This document shows, piece by piece, positions 57,920-64,000 of a stretch of 64,000 nucleotides of DNA; position 1 is the stretch's first letter; the number at the start of each line of letters is the position of its first letter. Source of the stretch: an uncultured Gammaproteobacteria bacterium. GTDB taxonomy: Bacteria > Pseudomonadota > Gammaproteobacteria > Poriferisulfidales > GCA-002705445. Where the stretch lies: the NCBI GenBank assembly GCA_913065025.1, contig CAJYAP010000002.1, positions 20,022-84,021 on the forward strand, given 5' to 3'. The translations under genes and the position numbers were made by a program. The notes below the pieces were generated by a model. That model was not told the origin of the DNA and ran no database searches. It was given only the letters and a program-made list of their open reading frames with translations.

Positions 57920-58783
57920 ATGAATTATATTACCAAATATATACTAAATTATATTATTGAATTTATGAATCAAATGATAAATAAAATTTATCCCCCTAGT
58001 AAAAAAAAACTATATAAAGCCAGTACTTTATACTTAAATCCCTTATTATCAAAGGTATATAAGCAATATAGACCACTATATTATGCAAATTTTCTTACCA
58101 GTTTTGATGGAAGAATTGCGACATATGATAAAAAAAACTCTTGTTTATTAACTCCTCAAAGTATCAAAAGTAGCGTAGATTTCTCTCTATTTTGTCAACT
58201 TCATGCTCAATCAGATTGCTTGGTAACGAACACACAATATATAAAAGGTTTAAATAAAGGTTATTATGGAAATATTCTAACTGTAAATAATGATACCTTG
58301 AAAAGATGGCGCAATAAAAATGGTATAAAAAAACAGGAGATCATAATTTTAAGTAACAGCTTAGATTTCCCAATAAATAATAAGATTTTAGACTTAAAAG
58401 ATAGAATAACTATTCTTACAACATCAAAAAATAATAAAAAAATAAACAATTTTAAAAAAAATGGTTTTAAACTTACTAAGTTTAGAGGAAAAAATATTTC
58501 TGCTAATCAATTAAATAAGTATATTTTAAAAAATAATTTTAAAGCTGTATATTTTATAGCTGGCCCAACAATTGTAGAACAAATGATTAACTCTAATTTA
58601 TTAGATAAGCTCTACAGTAGTACAAGTATAAGCATGATGGGAACGCAAAAATATGATACGATCATTAGAGGGAACTTTCTAAAAAATCCTATTGATATAG
58701 AGCTAATAGAAATGTATATATATACTGAACATGTAAAAAGGAGACAAACATTGTTCCAAGTATTTAACACAAAAAGGAAATAA
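57920..58783 (+). CDS. RibD C-terminal domain (DHFR-like pyrimidine reductase fold) family protein
   Basis: YYANFLTSFDGRIAT (compare ISLDGKIA), a mid-region ...IILS.SLDFP... and C-terminal YFIAGPTIVEQMINSNLLDKLY. The true start may be the internal MNQMINK. Confidence 0.6.
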   Translation: MNYITKYILNYIIEFMNQMINKIYPPSKKKLYKASTLYLNPLLSKVYKQYRPLYYANFLTSFDGRIATYDKKNSCLLTPQSIKSSVDFSLFCQLHAQSDCLVTNTQYIKGLNKGYYGNILTVNNDTLKRWRNKNGIKKQEIIILSNSLDFPINNKILDLKDRITILTTSKNNKKINNFKKNGFKLTKFRGKNISANQLNKYILKNNFKAVYFIAGPTIVEQMINSNLLDKLYSSTSISMMGTQKYDTIIRGNFLKNPIDIELIEMYIYTEHVKRRQTLFQVFNTKRK

Positions 58784-58784
58784 A

Positions 58785-59789
58785 ATGTTTATAGAATTAA
58801 TATCAAACTATGGCTTGTTCTTATTAAAAACTCTAACAGTAGTTATTAGTATTTTAGTAATTTTAAGCTTTGCAATAAATTCTAAAAAAAGTAAATCTGA
58901 GGGAGATTTAGAGGTAACAAATGTTAATGAAGAGTTAGCAGGTCTGGAAGAAAATATTAAAAAAAATATTTTAGCTAATTCAGATTTCAAAAAATTTATA
59001 AAATCTAGAAAAAAAAATAAAAAAGTTTTAGATAAAAGGCTTTTTATTTTAGATTTTAAGGGAAACATAAAAGCTAGCGAAATTGTATCTTTAAGAAGAG
59101 AAATATCTGGAGTTCTATTATCTTTTAAAAAAGGTGACGAGGTTTTATTAAGATTAGAAAACTCTGGTGGTACAGTTCATGAGCATGGGTTAGCAGCTTC
59201 TCAACTAAAAAGAATAAAAGATAAAAAAATTCCTTTAACAATCTGCGTTGATAAAGTTGCGGCAAGCGGAGGTTATATGATGGCGTGCGTAGCAAACAAA
59301 ATCATTTCATCTCCTTTTGCTATTGTTGGATCAATTGGTGTTTTAGCTCAAGTACCAAATTTTAATAAACTTCTTAAAAGCAAAGGGATTGATTTTGAGC
59401 AGCATACTGCAGGAAATTATAAAAGAACCGTTACTATGTTTGGTGAAAATACTGACAAAGATAGAGAAAAACTTGGTGAGCAGCTTGAAGATATTCATGT
59501 TTTGTTTAAAGACTTTATAGTTAGCCAAAGAAAAGATATTGACATTGAAAAAGTTGCTACAGGTGAATACTGGTATGGCAAAAGTGCTCTTGCATTAAAT
59601 TTAGTTGATCAGATTATGACTAGCGATGAATATATATTATCAATGAGAGATAAATTTAGTATTGTTCGCGTAAAGTATAAACCTTCAACTACTTTTGCTG
59701 ATAAAATATCAAAAGTTTCTTCAAAATTATCAAAAAAAGTTTTTAATGATTTGTCGCAAAAAAATCATGATGACAGCATATTTAAATAA
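58785..59789 (+). CDS. sohB: Inner-membrane peptidase SohB (S49 family)
   Basis: N-terminal TM, S49 body VDKVAASGGYMMAC (active Ser) and GEYWYG. Confidence 0.88.
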   Translation: MFIELISNYGLFLLKTLTVVISILVILSFAINSKKSKSEGDLEVTNVNEELAGLEENIKKNILANSDFKKFIKSRKKNKKVLDKRLFILDFKGNIKASEIVSLRREISGVLLSFKKGDEVLLRLENSGGTVHEHGLAASQLKRIKDKKIPLTICVDKVAASGGYMMACVANKIISSPFAIVGSIGVLAQVPNFNKLLKSKGIDFEQHTAGNYKRTVTMFGENTDKDREKLGEQLEDIHVLFKDFIVSQRKDIDIEKVATGEYWYGKSALALNLVDQIMTSDEYILSMRDKFSIVRVKYKPSTTFADKISKVSSKLSKKVFNDLSQKNHDDSIFK

Positions 59790-60942
59790 TTCCTTTTTTA
59801 ATTATTTCAACGATGCCATCTCTTAGTGCTTTAGCAACATTATTTTGAAACTTTTTTGTCCTTAATTTTTTTTCCTCTTTTCTATTAGAAAGAAAAGCTG
59901 TTTCAACTAAAATAGAGGGTATATCTGGCGATTTCAAGACGACAAATCCTGCTTGTTCAATATTCTTTGAATGCAATTTAGAAATTTTTCCTAACTTAGA
60001 TAATAAAATACTTGAGGCTTTAATACTTGTTTCGATAGTGGCGCTCTGCGAAAGATCTAAAATAACTTGAGCCAAATCATTTTCTTTATCGTCTATACTA
60101 ACTCCCCCTACTAAATCAGAAGAATTTTCTTTATTAGCAAGCCACTTTGCAGCCTCACTAGTAGCACCATGTTGAGATAAAACGTAAACGGATGACCCTT
60201 GAGCTTTTCTATTATGTGCGGCATCAGCATGTATAGAAATAAATAAATCTGCTTTATACCTCCTAGCTTTTTTTATTCTTTGCCTTAAAGGTATGTAATA
60301 ATCTTTATTTCTAATTAATACAGGTTTAATATTTTTTTCTTTTTTTAAAAGATTATATAATTTTTTCGAAATTGACAAGACTATGTCTTTTTCCAGTGTC
60401 CCTGACCTTCCAACAGCACCAGGATCTTTGCCACCGTGACCAGCGTCTATAGCTATTACGATTTTTCCTTTTTTAATTTTTTTGACTTTTTTTGTGAATT
60501 CTTTAACTGTATCAGTTTCAATGAAAATATCTAAAACTAGTCGATAACCATAATTATTTTTTGGCTCTAATGAAAAATATTTATATTGAAATTCACCGTT
60601 AGGTTTTATAAAAAATTTTAGATTATTTTTATTTTTTGTTAATTTTAAAAACTCTATATATTTTTTTTCAATTTTCGGTCGGCTAAATTTTTTTCCTGTA
60701 ACTATATTTTTTAGGTCAATTTTTATGGTATTTTTTTTATTATCACTACTTAAAACATAATTGATTTTTTTATTAGCATCAAAAACTACTCTCAACTTAC
60801 TAGTATTGTCATCATAAGAAATTCTTATTTTATTCAAATCATTGTTAGAGTTTGCTTCTGAAGAAACAAATACTAAAAAAAAGCTTATTAATGCTATTTT
60901 TAGAAAATTTATATTTGTGAAAAAATTACTAAATAGAATCAT
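59782..60942 (-). CDS. amiB: N-acetylmuramoyl-L-alanine amidase (AMIN + Amidase_3)
   Basis: Signal peptide and an AMIN-like N-domain (RISYDDNTSKLRVVFD). Catalytic IAIDAGHGGKDPGA...SIHAD...E. Downstream of tsaE, as in E. coli yjeE-amiB. Confidence 0.88.
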   Translation of the reverse strand: MILFSNFFTNINFLKIALISFFLVFVSSEANSNNDLNKIRISYDDNTSKLRVVFDANKKINYVLSSDNKKNTIKIDLKNIVTGKKFSRPKIEKKYIEFLKLTKNKNNLKFFIKPNGEFQYKYFSLEPKNNYGYRLVLDIFIETDTVKEFTKKVKKIKKGKIVIAIDAGHGGKDPGAVGRSGTLEKDIVLSISKKLYNLLKKEKNIKPVLIRNKDYYIPLRQRIKKARRYKADLFISIHADAAHNRKAQGSSVYVLSQHGATSEAAKWLANKENSSDLVGGVSIDDKENDLAQVILDLSQSATIETSIKASSILLSKLGKISKLHSKNIEQAGFVVLKSPDIPSILVETAFLSNRKEEKKLRTKKFQNNVAKALRDGIVEIIKKGII

Positions 60943-61393
60943 TTTTCATATTTTCTATTACCCGCTTTCCCCTGCTTGAATTGCCCATTAGATTAAATTC
61001 CCTTGATCCATTTTCATCTAATATTTCTATATTAATTATTATATCTGAATTTTGCATTAATTTTTGGTCATTATCAATCCACTCTATCAAGAATAAGCTT
61101 TTCTCAGTATGATAATTATAAAAATCTATATAATTTTTTTCATATTTTTTTATTCTATATAAATCTACGTGTATTATATTTATTTCCGCATAATTATACT
61201 CTTCCAATAATCCAAATGTTGGACTCTTGACTTTTTCACTCTCTCTATATTTTTTTATAAAGTGTCTTACGAATGAAGTTTTACCAGCTCCAAGTGGTCC
61301 AGTAATCCCCACTATTAATGGTAAATAAATTGATTTTGAAAATTTGCTTGCTAATTCAGATGTTTCTTTTTCTTTTGCTACCACATATTTCAT
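60929..61393 (-). CDS. tsaE: tRNA t6A37 biosynthesis ATPase TsaE
   Basis: GPLGAGKTSFVR P-loop, SPTF motif and HVDLYR. Confidence 0.9.
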   Translation of the reverse strand: MKYVVAKEKETSELASKFSKSIYLPLIVGITGPLGAGKTSFVRHFIKKYRESEKVKSPTFGLLEEYNYAEINIIHVDLYRIKKYEKNYIDFYNYHTEKSLFLIEWIDNDQKLMQNSDIIINIEILDENGSREFNLMGNSSRGKRVIENMKNDSI

Positions 61394-61486
61394 TATTATT
61401 TAATCAATTTTGTAATCATAGTTTGCATCATTGTATATCAAAGAATAGAATAGTCTTAATTATATATAAACGTGGAGGTTAGAATA

Positions 61487-62077
61487 ATGAATCCTTTAAA
61501 ATCAATACCTATGACCGTTGGTCTAGGTTTTATATTAGCAATTGTAATTAGCGTGTCCCTTGATCATGTTGGTCCAGGCATGCCACTATGGTCACTAGTT
61601 ACTTGGCTACATGTTTTTTTTGGTATTATTTGGATAGGCTTACTATATTATTTTAATTTTGTTCAAGTGCCCGGCGTTGCGGCAGCGTTAGCTGATAAGG
61701 ACGGACCTGGTCCATCTGCAATTAATAAGTATGTTGCACCAACTGCATTATTTTATTTTAGATGGGGAGCTTTGTTAACTTGGATTACTGGAGCTGCAGC
61801 ACTTCACTACAGTGGTATCGGAATTCACAGTGCATTTGTTCTTCAAGCCGGAGCTGAAGTTATTGGTATCGGGGCTTGGTTAGGTACCATAATGTTATTT
61901 AATGTTTGGGGTCTTATATGGCCTAATCAGAAAAGGATACTTGGAATGGTTGAAGCAACAGATGCGCAAATAGCAAAAGGTAAGGTTGTAGCTTTAATGG
62001 CTTCAAGAACAAATACACTACTTTCTATACCAATGCTAATGTGTATGAGTAGCCATATGCATGGACTTCCTCTATAG
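61487..62077 (+). CDS. PuuD/HemJ-superfamily-like 5-TM membrane protein (short form, no cytochrome c domain)
   Basis: WLHVFFGIIWIGLLYYFNFV resembles the H-x3-G-x2-W-x-G helix of HemJ and of the urate hydroxylase PuuD N-domain (recollection). Start moved to ATG 61487, which has GGAGG SD 8 nt upstream; the ORF-track start is a GTG inside the SD. Confidence 0.5.
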   Translation: MNPLKSIPMTVGLGFILAIVISVSLDHVGPGMPLWSLVTWLHVFFGIIWIGLLYYFNFVQVPGVAAALADKDGPGPSAINKYVAPTALFYFRWGALLTWITGAAALHYSGIGIHSAFVLQAGAEVIGIGAWLGTIMLFNVWGLIWPNQKRILGMVEATDAQIAKGKVVALMASRTNTLLSIPMLMCMSSHMHGLPL

Positions 62078-62120
62078 CATTGAATTTACTTAAATTTAAC
62101 AGTAAAATATAAATATCAAT

Positions 62121-62148
62121 CGGCAGCATTAGCTGCCGTTTTTATTTT
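62121..62148 (+). terminator. Rho-independent terminator
   Basis: CGGCAGC atta GCTGCCG followed by TTTTTATTTT, 44 nt after the stop at 62077. It is the only GC-rich hairpin plus T-tract I found in the window. Confidence 0.8.
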
Positions 62149-62159
62149 AAGGTTACGTT

Positions 62160-63332
62160 ATGAATTATTTAATGAAAAACTACAAGCCAATAGATATTTC
62201 TTTTGATTATGGCAAAGGCTGCTATTTATATACGCACAAAAAAGAGAAGTACCTTGATGCATTATCTGGTATAGGCGTATGTTGTATTGGACATGCTCAT
62301 AATGAAGTCACTAAAGTTATAAATGATCAAGCTAAAAAACTAATTCATGTATCAAATTTATTTAATATAAAAAATCAGCAAGTTTTAGCAAATAAACTTT
62401 GTAAAATATCTGGGATGAATTCTGCATTTTTTTGTAATTCTGGCTCTGAAGCAAATGAAACTGCTTTAAAACTAGCAAGACTGCATGCGAACAATAAAAA
62501 TCTAAAAAACCCAAAAGTAATAATTTTTGATAAATCATGGCATGGAAGAACTATTGCTACTTTAAGCGCAACAGGAAACAAGTCGGTTCAAGCTGGATTT
62601 AAACCACTGCTGGGTGGTTTTATTAAGTGCCAATTAAATGATACAAAAGCTGTAAAAAAAGTTATTAATAATAATAATGTTTCAGCCATTATACTTGAAA
62701 CCATACAAGGTGAAGGTGGTATAAGAATAGCAGAAGATAAATTTCTTAAAGAAATTAGAAAAATTACCTCACAAAAAGATATTTTATTAATTGTGGATGA
62801 AGTTCAAACCGGAATGGGCAGAACTGGAAAGTGGTTCTCTTATCAGCATGCAAATATTAAACCTGACATTGTGACATGCGCTAAGGGATTAGGTAACGGG
62901 GTCCCAATTGGAGCATGTTTGGGGAATAAGAAAGCCAGTAACTTATTTACACCAGGATCACATGGAAGTACTTTTGGAGGAAATCCTCTTGTTTGTTCGG
63001 TTTCCTCAAAAGTTATTGATGTGATTGAAAAAAATAAATTATGTAAACAATCTGAAAATATTGGAAACTACCTAATTAATGAGATTAAAAATAAAGTACA
63101 AGACCTTAGTGTTGTTAAAGAAGTTAGGGGTAAAGGTTTAATGATAGGAATTGAAATAAATATAAAAAATTCTAATATTGTAAAAGATTGTCTTAATAAA
63201 AAATTAATACTTAATCTTACATCAGAAAATGTTATTAGATTACTACCCCCACTTATTTTAAAAAAGAATGAGGCTAATTTTATTGCCAAAACTCTCCATC
63301 AAATATTGAAAGGATATTCAAATGAAAAGTAA
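62160..63332 (+). CDS. argD: Acetylornithine (succinylornithine) aminotransferase
   Basis: Class III aminotransferase: SGSEANE, DEVQTGMGRTGK and the PLP lysine in TCAKGLGNG. Followed by argF. Confidence 0.9.
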   Translation: MNYLMKNYKPIDISFDYGKGCYLYTHKKEKYLDALSGIGVCCIGHAHNEVTKVINDQAKKLIHVSNLFNIKNQQVLANKLCKISGMNSAFFCNSGSEANETALKLARLHANNKNLKNPKVIIFDKSWHGRTIATLSATGNKSVQAGFKPLLGGFIKCQLNDTKAVKKVINNNNVSAIILETIQGEGGIRIAEDKFLKEIRKITSQKDILLIVDEVQTGMGRTGKWFSYQHANIKPDIVTCAKGLGNGVPIGACLGNKKASNLFTPGSHGSTFGGNPLVCSVSSKVIDVIEKNKLCKQSENIGNYLINEIKNKVQDLSVVKEVRGKGLMIGIEINIKNSNIVKDCLNKKLILNLTSENVIRLLPPLILKKNEANFIAKTLHQILKGYSNEK

Positions 63333-64000
63333 ACACTTCTTAACATTACTTGATATTCCTAAGGAAGATATAAAAAAGCTTATCCATAGAGCAATTGAGC
63401 TTAAAAAAATGACAAAAGAAAATATTGTTTATACACCTCTACAAAATAAAACAATTGCACTTTTATTTGATAAATCATCAACAAGAACAAGAGTTTCTTT
63501 TGAGGTGGGTATGACTCATTTTGGTGGAAACACTTTATTTTTATCCCCAAGAGATACGCAACTTGGAAGAGGAGAACCAATTGAGGATACTGCTAAAGTT
63601 ATATCAAGTATGGTTGATTGCGTTGTAATAAGAACTCATGATCATGAGGATGTTGTAAAATTTAGCTCAAAGTCGTCAGTGCCTGTAATAAATGGATTAA
63701 CTGATCTTGTTCACCCCTGTCAACTTCTTGCTGACGTCATGACATATGTTGAAATTAATGGAGATATAAAAGGAAAGAAAGTTGCCTGGATTGGCGATGC
63801 AAACAATATGTGTAATTCATACATTAATGCTTCTAAACAATTTGACTTTGAGTTATCAATAGCCACTCCAGAAAAATATATTCCCTCTCTATATAAAGAT
63901 GATAAGAATATTGTTCTAACTCATGATCCATTAGAAGCTGCAAAGGATGCTGACTTAATCGTAACAGATGTATGGGCAAGTATGGGGCAAGAGGATGAAG
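63322..64000 (+). CDS. argF: Ornithine carbamoyltransferase, N-terminal 226 codons; runs off the right edge
   Basis: Own translation from ATG 63322 (overlaps the argD stop): MKSKHFLTLLD...FDKSSTRTRVSFEVGM...HPCQLLAD...DVWASMGQEDE. Has the STRTR and HPxQ motifs. Confidence 0.92.
   Translation, partial: MKSKHFLTLLDIPKEDIKKLIHRAIELKKMTKENIVYTPLQNKTIALLFDKSSTRTRVSFEVGMTHFGGNTLFLSPRDTQLGRGEPIEDTAKVISSMVDCVVIRTHDHEDVVKFSSKSSVPVINGLTDLVHPCQLLADVMTYVEINGDIKGKKVAWIGDANNMCNSYINASKQFDFELSIATPEKYIPSLYKDDKNIVLTHDPLEAAKDADLIVTDVWASMGQEDE

Noticed and set aside
61487-62077. Elevated GC of the PuuD/HemJ-like gene as evidence of horizontal transfer
   Set aside because: Other conserved genes in the window (lon, clpX, hupB, tRNAs) show similarly raised GC. 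The amino-acid composition (Gly/Ala/Trp/Pro-rich TM helices) explains it.
1-64000. Search for CRISPR arrays, IS elements or transposases, rRNA, tmRNA next to smpB, riboswitches and amino-acid leader peptides (trp, leu)
   Set aside because: No spaced direct repeats were seen. All intergenic gaps are 200 bp or shorter, and most are under 50 bp. The spacers flanking smpB (1663-1700 and 2384-2429) are far too short for ssrA. leuC is 16 nt from the preceding MFS gene and trpF is 9 nt from truA, which leaves no room for attenuators.

Overview
The window is a densely packed (about 95% or more coding), very AT-rich (roughly 30% GC by eye) piece of a streamlined gammaproteobacterial chromosome. The gene order is classic: tig-clpP-clpX-lon-hupB-ppiD, leuCDB-asd-truA-trpFBA-accD-folC-dedD-cvpA-purF, xerD-dsbC, lptG-lptF next to pepA-valS, and tsaE-amiB. 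A SAR86-like or similar free-living marine lineage is my inference only. I call about 60 CDS, 6 tRNAs (Asp, Val, Leu, His, Arg, Pro), one sigma32-type promoter, one candidate sigma70 promoter, one palindromic operator candidate and one clear intrinsic terminator. I see no CRISPR array, IS element, transposase, phage integrase or prophage; the only tyrosine recombinase is chromosomal xerD. Most of the window is housekeeping. Two loci deserve a second look. (1) An orphan 637-aa cytoplasmic protein (55913..57826, minus strand) in which I find no family signature; it is divergently paired with a RibD_C-like reductase. (2) A tRNA-bounded 3.3-kb islet (20.9-24.2 kb). It encodes a secreted protein that fuses a PCu(A)C copper-chaperone domain (exact H-X10-M-X21-H-X-M motif), a Met-rich linker and an outer-membrane beta-barrel, together with DUF2946-like and DUF4149-like small proteins and a CPBP protease. 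I read this as a possible TonB-independent copper acquisition module. Lesser oddities are a nuclease-less AddA/RecB-type helicase, a solute-binding protein with both a lipobox and a C-terminal TM anchor, a signal-less YkuD domain protein, a PuuD/HemJ-like membrane protein and the apparent absence of holC. All family assignments rest on motif recognition and remembered homology, not on database searches.
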